A DNA stretch of 64,000 nucleotides from Vitrella brassicaformis CCMP3155 (lineage: Eukaryota; Protista; Chromerida): assembly GCA_001179505.1 (NCBI GenBank), contig CDMY01000592.1, forward strand, positions 62,001 to 126,000, in the 5' to 3' direction. Position numbers and translations under genes: made by a program. The notes under the pieces are model-generated. The model saw only the letters and a list, made by a program, of their open reading frames with translations. It made no database searches and was not told the DNA's origin. Position 1 is the stretch's first letter; every line of letters starts with the position of its first letter. Positions 39,580 to 51,432 of this stretch are shown here, piece after piece.

Positions 39580-40510
39580 TCACAGGGCGGGTCAGCCAAT
39601 GAGAGCTCGGGGGAAACTCCGTGCTCTATGGTGTCGTACGACGAGGAAGCTGCACACGGATTTGGCGGCGAGGCCGACAATGGCAGAGCAGGAGTGTCTG
39701 ATGCCGCGAGTACGGAGCATACGGACTCCAACCACGAGCTGATGGATCTCGAGATCCGAGAATCGGACAAGCCGAGAATCGACAAGGAGCCTCCGCGCGT
39801 CTCACTAAGGTCAGCCTGCCACAGACATGCACACACATACCCACAAAGATACAAGTGCGTTTGCAGGTACAAAGACGGACATGAGTACCGTGGCACCTTC
39901 AACGAACTGATTCGGCTCCTGGCTGTGTACGAAAAGCAGACCAAGGAGTCACAAGCACAGGTGGGCGGTGGGTAAGCACATCACCTGGGCTGGTCTCTTT
40001 GTGAGAGTGTGTGTGATATGTATGTGCAGACCAACATCACTGTTCGTTGGGAGGTTACACCGAACGGTCGCCGCACGGCCAACTTTCGCCTCCGCAAGGC
40101 CGAGACCGACGTGCGCTCCGTCGTAGGCAACGAAGTCAGAATCAAATACACTTACGACGGTACGTACGGAGGCATTCCCTCCACACACGTGTGCGCAAGA
40201 TGGTACGGTTGTGCGCTGTGTCAGATGGTGAGGTGTGGATGCGGGAGGGCCACGTCTGTGTATGTCTCTCTCTCTCTCTCTGTGTGCGCGCCCCTCCCTC
40301 CCCCCTCCCCCTCTCCCATGCCTCACGTCAGCCATCATGGAGTATATGCAGCAGCAGCACGAGGCCCGGGCCGCCACGCACCGCGAGGAGATGGCCGACT
40401 TGAACCGCAAGCATCAGGAGGAGATACAGTGGATGATGCAGCAGCAGGCCCAGATGCAGCAGCAGATGCAGCAGCAGAAGGCCCTGCTCATGCAGCACCT
40501 ACAGCAGGCA
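39580..40510 (+). CDS. Hypothetical multi-exon protein or fragment ending in a Q-rich exon shared with 22339-22540
   Basis: Exon-like blocks GGSANESSGE...RVSLR, YKDGHEYRGTFNELIRLLAVYEKQ, TNITVRWEVTPNGRRTANFRLRK and AIMEYMQQQHEARAATHRE, separated by GT-AG introns. Start and end are uncertain. Confidence 0.45.
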
Positions 40511-41720
40511 CAGTGTGGTGCAGGTGAGAGACGGTGACAGAGATTGCGAAGGCAGTGACAGTGTCGGCGACGGAGTCCGTGACGCGCGGGCCTCTGTCTG
40601 TGTACCTCTTCAGGGGGAATTGCTGCCTCCATTTCATATTTGCTGGCTCTTCTCGTCCATCACCCGTCTGGTCAGGTGAGTGAATCTTCGTGTACTCACA
40701 CACGCGCCTCTGTGTCTCTGGTGGCCATCCGTCTCACGGGAATGTGTTGTGGTATGTCAAGACCGAGCAGGAGATCAAGGCTGAGCTGTTGTCACGGACG
40801 AAGGCCCTCAGACGAGCTCGTCTTCCTTTTCGAGTGCATATTCACAGAGACACCAATGAGTGGATGCACTTGCTCACTCACTCACATTTTTCCGTCTCGG
40901 CTGTGTCGGCCGGTGGTGTGAATTTGTTTCAGTGCCCTCCACACTAGCCCGCACCACCGATGCAACGCCGATCAGCTAGCCGCCCATCGCCCCTGTGCAG
41001 CAGCCACCCATTGCATGCGTCATACGAGAAGGGGACGTAGGGTGTGTGTGTGGATGGTATAACTTTGCTTTGTTGGTGGTGTTGCGATCGCCACTCGTCG
41101 AGGATGGACGCGGGATGGTACACATCCGCTCGGCACAGCGGATATGTTCCATTTTACACTCGTCCGCGACACCGGGTGACTCGACCAGTGAGTGCATCAC
41201 GCGCACACGTGACCAAGACAGATGAGATGCTTTGGCCTGTGTGTCCGTGTGTGCGTGTGTTGTGCACAGAGAGGGGTCATCTGGTCAGTGCTTGATTGCG
41301 TGGTCGGTCTGTGTGTATAGGGAGGGAGAGGGAGGGAGAGGGAGGGATGGATGGATGGATGCGTGCGTGAATATTGTCGCATGAGTGTCTTCCCCTCTCA
41401 GCACGTGTTGGCGTGTGTGGCATGCTGCTCTATGACAGACACTGCTTGCAGTGAGTGAAGACACTCAACCAAGTCAATTACCGCCATGTGTTCATAACCA
41501 GAAATCGGTGGGTCCATCACACACGCACACACAGACAAAGACACACACCAGCCACACCAGCCATGACGAAGCCACACCTTCTTCATGGTGATGTCTTGTT
41601 GTACGGTGTCTGACTCGACAGACAGCCTGACGTCACAACACACAACCTACACACACACACACATTATATTTATGTACATTGAAGTGAAATTCAAAGCCAT
41701 TTGCCTCTCAATCTCACCCA

Positions 41721-44254
41721 TCAAGAGCGGCGAGTTGCCTCCAGCACAATCTCCTCACTATCGCCCCAATGGTGGATGGCGAAGTCGCCGATGCTCGCGT
41801 CGTTGCGGAACACCTGCCAGATGGCATCGCCAAGGGCGTCATGCACTTCCAGCCACAGCCGCACCTCCACACGCCTCAGGCCCCGCATGCCACCGTTGAG
41901 CAGAGACGTCAGGCCGCTCCTAACGAGATCGGCAGCGTCAGCGGGCTCTAACTCAGCGGGGACTGAATGAGGACACACACACACACACACGCACACAGGG
42001 CGGATGCACACACAAATGTATCGACGAACACCTTCCTGCAGTCACTGTATTCCCGCATACCTGATATGTGTATCTTTATGTTGCGAATCGCTGGGAGGCT
42101 GTTCGACCCCCATCCGTCAAAGAGGCCGCCCTGCGTGAGACTGACCCCCCGGACTGCACCCCATGGATATAAATTTTCACCCACACAGACCTCGGCCACC
42201 TGCCTCCCCGCCCCCAGTGCCTCCAGCACACCCCTCCTGTCCTCTGCGCTCACATCTATGCCAAACGCCACCATCACCTCCGTAGGCATCTTCTGCGCCA
42301 TCAGCCGGCCCGAAGCACCGCCCAGACCGCTGTAGACACGCAGTTGTCTGGCCCTTGGGAAGTGCGGCAGGTGGTTGATGACGTCGGGGATGGGCGAGCC
42401 GGTGTTAGGAGGGGGGACGAAGCCATCGGCATTGTCGACCTTCACGAGCCCCACCTTGTCGAATGAAAGGCTCGATGCGATGTCGACGGCCGCCTGGCTG
42501 GGGTTGCCGATGGGGTGGGTGAGGTCGTGCTGACTGAGCCTGTAGACTACCCTATGCGCCTGCCGTGCCGCCTCCTGGATGGCCGTCTTGATGAAGGGAG
42601 AGGGGCGAGGGGGGAATGTGTCGGCGTAGAAGAGGGACAGCTCGAAGGGGACCCACTCCGCGCCCTTCACAGTGATGGGCACGTCAGGCGACACGCAGCA
42701 GTTGTCGATCAGGTCATCGACAGCGAGCAGGGCGGCAAGGGCAGTGGGGCCCGCAAAGGCTGGAACCTGCACGTCGACCCTCTTGAGCGACTTGAGGCAC
42801 CGCGCGATGTGAGCACCTCCTACAGATGAAGAGAGAAGGACACCATTCGTGTGTCCTTGTCAACCCCTACCAAGACACTATAGTGTGATGTGCTTACTTG
42901 GAGCCGCGTCACGTTGGTGCCATGCTCGATCAGGCCGATACGCTCCAGTTGTCTGAGCGGCCCTGGCTGCCCAGCGGATGCGACGGGGAAGGGCTCAAAC
43001 ACAGCCGCCCACTCTTGGCCGGGCCATAAACGCCCTCGCACTTCTTTCAGCGACCGCGACGACTTGATGAAATGGCCCAGCTCGCTGGTACCCCCCTCCT
43101 CTTGACCCACACACTCGAGTGCGGGCATCTTCCATCCTCTCCTGTTGGACGGCTCCCGTGACGGCCCTGAGGGAGGGGAGGGCTGGGGGCTCGGAGAGGG
43201 GAGGGAGGGAAAGCCACCGCCGTCTGCGGCCGGTGGTGCCGTAGGCGGTGGTGGTGCTGCTGCTGAATTTGATCGTCTCCAGACTGCCTTCGGCCATGTA
43301 CTGCTGGCCCTCCTTCTCGCTCGCCTCGCGCCGCCCGACCGCATGGCCCTCCACGATGCTTATCATGATGTCCCGGCACCACAACCGCTCGCAGAATGGC
43401 TGAAGAAGGCTGAGGGCCGTGAGGTTGATGAGTCGCTTGCCGAGCTGGAAGGCCCCCTCAGGTGTGATGCTCTCCCAGAATTGGCGGTCTGCATCTGTGG
43501 TGCAGTCGATGTCGATGTGGGTCTGCTGCTGGAAGGCCCCCTTGCGGACTTGCCCCCACTGCTTGCAGAGGCTTGGCAGGGCGGACAGCTTGCGAGGGGT
43601 CATAAAGCTGAACACTGATGTCAGATGGTCGTCGCCAAAACCAGCAGGAGCCTGAACCAAAACACAGGACGACGGGAGAGGAAGCCGCATGAGAATGGAA
43701 GGCGGTCTTTGTGTGTTGTCTGTGGCTGTGTGTGGCTATGTGTACCTTCTTGCTGTCATCCCACACCTACACCCACATGACACCACACACCCAAGCACCA
43801 ACGACAAGCACCGAGCAGTGCTGTCCGGGCCTTTCTCTTGCGGTGTGTTTGCCTACCATGGGTGGCTGTGGGTTCGCGTGTGTCAGCACCGTGGCCTCGG
43901 TGTGCGGCACCATCACTTCGAACTCCTCCCGGTGTCCGCCCACCTCCCTCATGTATACCGCCGTCCGTCCACTGCTCTCTTCGATGCGATAGACGTCGGC
44001 CTTGACCCACCTCTGCTTGCCCTTCTCACGCTCGTTGGTCACCGTCTGCACACGACTGCCCTCCCGGTAGCGGCACGGCGCAGCGGATGCCATTGCCTAA
44101 CGAATCGAACAATCAAACGAACGAAGGAATGAGTCAGTGAGTGATGGTCTGACACGCGGTCTGACACGCGGCAGTGTCTGCCTGTTGCGCCTTGACTCAC
44201 CTCGCCATGAGGCAAAGCAGACGATGAAGCTGAAGCTGAAGATGAAGATCCCAT
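41721..44254 (-). pseudogene. Lineage-specific F-box-like family gene, probably frameshifted
   Basis: First exon MGSSSSASASS..., then AMASAAPCRYREG..., then GFGDDHLTSVFSFMTPRKLSALPSLCKQW (F-box-like). The frame switches without an intron near 43140 (AVTGAVQQ to RGWKMPALECV). Further exons run to the stop at 41721. Confidence 0.6.
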
Positions 44255-44307
44255 GGCGCCACTCAAGCGCGGCTGATAGGACAGAGCAATGACTGACAGG
44301 CTGCGCA

Positions 44308-44447
44308 GTCTTGCCCTAGTTGGGGCGCCTTCTCTTTTCTGTTGGCTCGTCGACATGCGTGTCCGAGGCAGACAGATGGACTGTTAAAGCGAATGCGGGG
44401 ATCTATCCATCCCTCCTATACCTGCCTCTTGGCCAAGCTCGCAAAAG
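44308..44447 (+). repeat. Direct repeat (about 140 bp), copy 1; copy 2 at 49207-49355; partial copy near 29170-29225
   Basis: Shared gccctagttg.ggcgcctt...ctgttggctcgtcgacatgcgtgtccgaggcagac...gatctatccatc...gccaagctcgcaaaag. Confidence 0.85.
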
Positions 44448-44830
44448 TGACAATATCGGAGTCAGACGAGAATGGAGCTGCCCCATCAGCAAAGCAAATG
44501 AAGATGGGTGGGTGGGATCTTGGCGAATTAAGAAGATAAGAAGATGGAGTCGCAGCCCCGTCGCCGCTTCGATGGTTTGGACCCAAGCTTGCGTGTCCAT
44601 GAGACCTCCGTCGTCACTGAATGCTTCTTTCGGCTTCGTCACATTCCTACTCGCTACCCCGAGCTACTGCTGATACTCCAACTGAAGAGGGAAGATAGGG
44701 GCCGCAGTTTCTGCCGAGCTCTCACTACACAGACAAGTCTACACAGCGGATCACCAACAGAGGCCTTCAAGCATCACGTTTATTCCCACGGCTCTCAATC
44801 TCTAAGATCGGCTCTCCGAGTGACGCAGAC

Positions 44831-47529
44831 ATGGAGCCGCCCGCGTTTGTCAGCGTTGCTCCTGTTGCCACGGCTGATCCCCCAGACGTCCTCAGACAAT
44901 CAGCTTCTGACATGGACGTCTCGACGAAAAGGGCAGCGGAGTCTTTTGAATATCAACTGGAGGCTGAAGGAGATGGCGAAGGCGGTGCTCGACTCTCAGG
45001 CGTGTCCACCATCGTCTCGACATCGGTCTCCACCCCTGCAGTGGACGGCCGGAATCGGCTTGGGGATGCTATCGCCAAGAGCTGGCAATTCGAGCTTTGC
45101 GTGTGGATCGTCATCGTTCTCAACTGTATCGCTGTCTGGATCGAGACATCCTTTAGGTAAGCATGTTCAACAGCAGCACACACATGCACTGTGATGCACA
45201 CCACAGACATGTGCGATCAATGTGACTATGTGTTTGTGTGTCGATGACAGTCATCGCGACCAGACGGTCAACAAGTGGCCGTGGATTGGAATACAGTTCG
45301 CCTGTCTGCTCTTCTTTGTCGCCGAGCTCATCTTCAAGATGGTCGCCCTCAGCTGGAGGTTCTTCAAGGTCGGTCAACCTCACACTCACTCACCAACCCA
45401 CACAAGCACGCACGCATCGCACATCGGCTGTTTTCTGTGTGCCCTCCATGCCTACAGGACGTCTACAACTGGATCGACTTGATGATTGTGGTCATGACCA
45501 TCCTGCCGTGGTACATATCGATGTGGATGCCCGCCCTGGGGTGGACCTCAAACGCAGAGATGGCGTGGCGCAAGCTCTCCATCCTGCGTATCATACGAGG
45601 ATTGCGCATATCGCGCGCTTTCAGATACCACCCCGTCTTCAGAGAATTGTAAGACACGGAAACGCACAGACATTGATTGATAACGTGCTATGTCCATCCT
45701 TTTGTGTCTGTTTGTGGGCCCGCCTCTGTGCAGCTGGATGTTGACGGGCGGTATCACGTACAGTCTGAAGACCCTCGTGTGGAGCGTCATCATCACGGCC
45801 ATCATGCTCTTCGTCTACGGCACATTCGTCACCACCATGATCGGATTCTCAAGCGACTTCCAACCCGAACAGGACCCGTCCACAAACCAGATCGCGGTAA
45901 GGCATCCCAGACCTCACACAGTCACTCCGAGGCATTGCACTAACATGGCCATTCTCCCTTTCTCGTTCGCCCAGGAGCAGTGCAGAAATCTCACCAGCAA
46001 TCTGACAGACGCGGATGCGGCTGAGCTCCAGGACCGTTTCGGCATCATCATTCCCCTCCTGCAGCAGCAGTGCGAGGCCTTTGTCGAGAAGGGCCGGCGG
46101 GCACTGATGGGTCTGGACGGCCTCTGGCCGTCGCCGCGCCTGCTGAGTGACGAGGACGGCGAGCCCTTCATAACCAACGAAGAGAAGGAGGAGGTCCAGT
46201 CGCAGTTCGGCACAGTCGTCAGGTCCATGCGCACTCTATTCCAAATCATGACACTCGGTGAGTGGCGTATGTGCAGATATGGACCGTGCAATACTGTCTG
46301 TCTGTGTGTGTGGCGTGGTGTGTGTAGACGACTGGACGGACGCCACTGAGGTGGTCGTCAAGCAGCAGCCGTGGATGTGGCTTTGCTTCGTGGGGTTCAT
46401 CTGTATATCCGTCTTCGCTCCGAGCAACCTCATCACTGCCGTCCTCGTCGAGAGCGCCACACAGGTACAAATCCCACCCCGGACACAGGCCACAATGCAC
46501 ACAACCCACCGTTCCTGTCCTTCAGATGTCGCGCGAGGACGAGAAGCGCCGTGAGTTTGAGAACCACCGTGAGATCTGGAAGCTTCGCTGCATGCTCATC
46601 CGCGTCATGAACGCCGGCGTCCGTCCTGACTCGGAAAACGGCAGCGGCGACCGACGCAACGAGCGCACCGCTATGGCCCAGCGAGGGACTATCGGCTCGC
46701 TGACCACCGCAGCGGAGGAGGAGGAGGCCAAGGCTTCGACGAGTGACCCCAAGGACCCCTCGCCCACTCACGGAAGGACGAACGGGATGGCGGGTGGTGC
46801 GCCGAGTCCCAAGGGTGTGAGGGGGATCTTCTTCAAGAGTCTGACGTCGCTGGTGGACCGGTCGTGCAACACACCGAAAGGGAAGCGGCGGATGAGTTGC
46901 TCCGACGTGTACCAGGACGTGCAGCTCAGCGAGATGAACGACTCCTTCACAAAGTCCAGGCTCGCCGAGGTCATGGGGAAGGCCGAACTCAAGGTGGGTG
47001 GGTGCCACCGACAGAAATGGCGATTCTGCGCACATTTCAACCGTATGTGTGGTGCCCCTTTCTCTCTGGTATCTGTCAGCGTCTGATGAAGATGTATGAG
47101 TGCGAGCCCAACGACCTGCTGTATGAGTGCGAGCCCAACGACCTGCTGGGTCTCTGTGACCAGCTCACGGTGGACTTCGAGACCCGAGACCCGACGGGCA
47201 GGCGCAAGGAGGGCGAGATCAAAATGGACGACTTCATCTTCGGCGTGCAGAGACTCAAGGTCAGTAGGAAAGATGGGAGTGGTGGCACACGTGTGCGCAT
47301 TTGGAAGGATGTGTGGCGTTCACTCTATCTCTCTGTGTCCGTCTGTGTGCGTGTCCAGGGTGGTGCTAAGAGCAAGGACTTGCTGCATGTGCTGACGCGC
47401 CTGTCGATGATAGAGCGCAACCAGGAGCACATCATGCGCAACCAGGGGCACATCATGAAGGTCCTCAACGCAGTCCGGCAGGGGCAACTCGCAAGGTACG
47501 CACACAATCGACAATCAGCTTCTGAATAG
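44831..47529 (+). CDS. Single-domain (6TM) voltage-gated cation channel, BacNav/CatSper/EukCat-like, with degenerate EF-hand-like and coiled-coil C-terminus
   Basis: S1 FELCVWIVIVLNCIAVWIET, S2 LLFFVAELIFKM, S3 YNWIDLMIV, S4 LRIIRGLRISRAFR, S5 LKTLVWSVIITAIMLFVYG, pore FGTVVRSMRTLFQIMTL/DDWTD, S6 NLITAVLVES, tail GEIKMDDFIFGVQRLK/GGAKSKDLL. Confidence 0.9.
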
Positions 47530-48870
47530 AATGTCTCGACTAAAAGGCCATCGGAGTCATCGGAGCATCAATCGGGGGCTCAAGGAGATGGCGATGGCGG
47601 TGCTCGGCTCTCAGACGTGTCCACCACCGTCTCGACATCGGTTCCTGCGCAAGCAGTGGACGGCCGGGCTGCGCTTGGCGACGGGGATGCTTGGGCTGAG
47701 GAGCGTAGTCTGTGGGGCTTTCTGGTGCTGCGGATTGGCTGTGTGACCTTGTGGCTGACGGATTATCCTCTGAGGCATTTCCTTCTCATTATCGGCCTCG
47801 TCGTGACCTATGCACTCTGGTGGTGGTGGGGGTGTTTCTCCGTACTTCTCGTTATCCTTGGGTACGAAGGGAGTTTGTTCGTTGACGACCCGCTCCTGGC
47901 GATTGTGATTTTTGCACCGCCGCCTCTGATGCTTCTCGTTGGATTGGGAAGTCTGTGCGCGCCGCCATTTTGGTGGGGCACTCGATGGCTCATGTATTTT
48001 TCTATTATTCTGAACATCGTCCTTTTCAGGTTCACGTTGAGTTGGGTTTGCACGGCGTCCATGCCTCGTGATCTCCGCTTTGGCCTGCGGTTCGGCGCAC
48101 TGGCGTGGCTGGCTGGTGCGATCCTTCTGCAGTTCACCCTCTTCATTGTCATCTCGGAGCCGCGGCTTATCCGTGCATCGACCAGCCCGACGGGTGGAAG
48201 GGAAACTGACGTCGATTACAACCGGCTCTCGTGCTGCGGCCATCGGGCAGGGTGGAGACCCTCACCGACGGCCGAGCGCATAGCCAAGGCTCGGCAAACA
48301 GAGCCCTTCCTTTATCGCTCGGTGACCAAGCGGTGGCTCAAACGGATGTACTTCCTCACCTTCGTTCGCTTGTCTAAACTGCTGGCCGTTGGGGGGATGG
48401 CTGTGGACTTGATCACTGATTTGGCGGTGGGAGTGGAATTCACCAGCGGGATTCCAATATCTTCGCTTGCAGAGTCTATTTGTGGGTTCCCCGATGCACC
48501 GTGGAGTGATGCTGATGAGGAGTGCATGACAACAGCGAAAAGCCGTCTTGAACGAGAATATCTAGGATATCAAGCTGTCGGCTTCATCATCCTGCACCTA
48601 TCGCTGGCTGACGTCGTGTCGCTGTTTGTTCATTACGGTATCCGCGGCTGTCCCTCCCTATGCCAACACTTCTGCATTGCGGCCTTTGCGCTGCTGGAAG
48701 TGCCCATCTTGGTGCTGACGATCGTGTGGGCACCGGAGGCTGTCAATCCGATCCTCTTCATTGTGTCTGCCTTCTTCACTCTGGTGACGGTTCTCTCTCG
48801 AGTCGGATCGTTTGCGTGGAGAATTTATGAGCGGCTGAAAGGTCGCGACGACCCCGAGCCCTGCTCCTGA
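47530..48870 (+). CDS. Intronless multi-pass (roughly 8-10 TM) membrane protein of unknown function; open frame lacks an early ATG
   Basis: Uninterrupted frame with many hydrophobic segments, paralogous to 27342-28795. The first in-frame ATG is more than 100 codons downstream of the GTG at 47617. Confidence 0.7.
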   Translation, partial: NVSTKRPSESSEHQSGAQGDGDGGARLSDVSTTVSTSVPAQAVDGRAALGDGDAWAEERSLWGFLVLRIGCVTLWLTDYPLRHFLLIIGLVVTYALWWWWGCFSVLLVILGYEGSLFVDDPLLAIVIFAPPPLMLLVGLGSLCAPPFWWGTRWLMYFSIILNIVLFRFTLSWVCTASMPRDLRFGLRFGALAWLAGAILLQFTLFIVISEPRLIRASTSPTGGRETDVDYNRLSCCGHRAGWRPSPTAERIAKARQTEPFLYRSVTKRWLKRMYFLTFVRLSKLLAVGGMAVDLITDLAVGVEFTSGIPISSLAESICGFPDAPWSDADEECMTTAKSRLEREYLGYQAVGFIILHLSLADVVSLFVHYGIRGCPSLCQHFCIAAFALLEVPILVLTIVWAPEAVNPILFIVSAFFTLVTVLSRVGSFAWRIYERLKGRDDPEPCS

Positions 48871-49402
48871 TTGATGGACGGATGCAGCACTCACGAGGTG
48901 AGCAATGGAGCGAGCCTCAACGAGATTGTGCATGTCTGACAATTGTCAGGGAGAGCCATCGGTCGTGTGACGGATGGCACATGTTTGGCCGCTTATGCAT
49001 GGTTGATTGGATTGACAAGGGGGTGGCTGTCTATTTTTTTCCGAGTCAATCGGACAGATACGGAGGGACTCAAACGACCGATGGGAGAATGTGGGTCGGC
49101 CCTGTGCGGATAAGTGTGCAGATATTTGCCTGTCAGTCAGTCAGTCAGTCAGATGGTCATTGGCATTTTGCAACAGAGATGTGTGTAGTTTCACGTCTCT
49201 TGGTGAGTCGTGCCCTAGTTGAGGCGCCTTTTTTTCTCTGTTGGCTCGTCGACATGCGTGTCCGAGGCAGACGGACAGACGGACTGTGAAAAACAAATGG
49301 AATGATCTATCCATCTTTTGTGCGTTAAGGAAACCTTCAGCCAAGCTCGCAAAAGGTGTTTTCTTTGCAAATCGGCAAACGACAGAACGGAGCCGTGCCA
49401 TC

Positions 49403-49745
49403 CGCGACTGGCTCCCCCTGTATGGCTNNNNNNNNNNNNNNNNNNNNNNNNNNNNNNNNNNNNNNNNNNNNNNNNNNNNNNNNNNNNNNNNNNNNNNNNN
49501 NNNNNNNNNNNNNNNNNNNNNNNNNNNNNNNNNNNNNNNNNNNNNNNNNNNNNNNNNNNNNNNNNNNNNNNNNNNNNNNNNNNNNNNNNNNNNNNNNNNN
49601 NNNNNNNNNNNNNNNNNNNNNNNNNNNNNNNNNNNNNNNNNNNNNNNNNNNNNNNNNNNNNNNNNNNNNNNNNNNNNNNNNNNNNNNNNNNNNNNNNNNN
49701 NNNNNNNNNNNNNNNNNNNNNNNNNNNCAGACAATCATTCGCGCT
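49403..49745 (-). repeat. Inverted copy of the ~600-bp element, interrupted by a gap
   Basis: 49403-49427 cgcgactggctccccctgtatggct is the reverse complement of the ends at 51432 and 54109. 49728-49745 cagacaatcattcgcgct is the reverse complement of 53468-53485. Confidence 0.75.
49428..49727. other. Assembly gap (300 N)
   Basis: Run of N. Confidence 1.
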
Positions 49746-50819
49746 ACTAGACCAATCAGATGAGCCTTTGATTGGCACACCTATTCGCGTTAACGTTTGC
49801 TACAGCTTTCTCACAGTTCTCCCTGAACTGCTGTCCCTTAAACGGGCCAGTAATAAGAAGCACGTCAGGCAGCGGTCTATCGTACTCGTCCGCAGGTATC
49901 ATCCGTGTCTCACTTTGCTGTCATAGCTGAGAACGGCACGCCTTGACGTTGTCACCCCCTCCCTTCATCGTGTGATTCTCCTCTATTACATGCGCCTCTC
50001 GATTCATCGACTCATGGGCCTGCATACATCCCAACAGACAATACTGGGTCTCCCTTGACGAGTGAGACAGCGAGATGAAACAACACGTTGCACTCCAGCA
50101 GATGCATGGACGATTTGTATATGTCCAGCCATTTCAACCTGCAATCGCGAAAAAGCACGTTCATGGACAGAGACACTGAAATTTATCCGTTCACATCTCT
50201 TCGCCTACATCGTCAATCCCACAATCTTCATCTGCCAGACGTCTTCGCGGAAAGCCTCCAGCTCTGCCTTGGTTGATACCGTCGTCCTCAAGCAGAACTG
50301 GAATGACATGAAGAAACACCAGACCCGTCTCTGCATCCTGTGGGGACTCATGTCTCCGTTTGCCCCGACTAGTTGGCACAGCAGCAGCGGGAGCAGCGGC
50401 AGCGGCCGGCTAAGGCTGAGGCTGAGGCGGAGCATCAAGCATTTGGTCGGTTGTGTCGGGCTGAATGTTGGACAAGAGACACTGGTGGCGGTATGCTTTC
50501 GGGAATCACTGGTGGCGGAGGGGCGTATGAGGGGAACAGCGGTGGAGGGACGATTGGTGGCAGTATTGCATGGCCGAGCGCTTGCAATGCAGGAGGCGGT
50601 GGAGCGGGCGCAGGTGCTGCTGCTGCTGCTGCAGCAGCTGCTGCAGGTGGAGAACCTCTCGCCCTTCCTGCAGGCTGAGGACACCTCGGTTCTCTTCCGT
50701 CCAAACGTGGCGCAAATCCAAGATCACGCCGCCGATCTTCAGCCTCTTCCCGCCTGTCCATATCAAACCCGAGTTATCTGTCAAGTCACACCAGAGAAAG
50801 CAGCAGAGCAGATATCGGT

Positions 50820-51432
50820 ATTGGTCAGACAGAATTGGATGAAGAATATCTCGCCAACCAGAGTGAGTGGGGTGATGATGTTGGCAATGGATTGATTGCC
50901 CTTCGAGTGACGGTTCAGATGCGCCGGACGCGGTCCGTGTCTGTCAAGTCACTGCAGAGAAAGCGGTAGGTCAGATACACAGTGGTCAGACAGAATTGAG
51001 TGAGGAATATCTCACGAACCAGAGTGAGTGAGTTGATCATGTTTGAAATGACTTGACAGTCCTTTGAGTGGGCGTTCAAATGCGCTCAGCGCGGTGGTCA
51101 CAGCTGCTTTGGTTGCCGAGAACGGAGCGCTGTTAGAAGGGTTCCCATTGTGAAAGAACGTGACCGAGCGAGGAGCTGCTGCTTTGTGTGTGAGAGGCTC
51201 TCACATGGGCGGTTCGCATTTGCTTTTGATCATCTGGGTGGGCTGCTTCTCTGCAATTTTATGTGGGTCAACTGCCAAATGGGGGCCTGCACGTCGAGAT
51301 TCTCGACATCGTCGAATGGACCCCTGGTGTATACATCCGATTTGACCCTTCACTCAAAGCGGTTAAAGTTTGCCTAGTGCGAAGAGGCTGCTTACTACCG
51401 CCTGAGCAGCCATACAGGGGGAGCCAGTCGCG
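50820..51432 (+). repeat. ~600-bp non-coding repeat element, copy with internal sub-repeats
   Basis: Near-identical to 53503-54109, from attggtcagacagaattgg to gagccagtcgcg. The internal unit gtcaagtcac...ggtcagacagaatt...gaatatctc...accagagtgagtg occurs twice. Confidence 0.9.

Noticed and set aside
51165-51185. HDV-like ribozyme loop (CTCCTCGCT on the minus strand) in the 600-bp repeat
   Set aside because: The flanking bases cannot form the P3 helix and no P1/P2 pairing was found.
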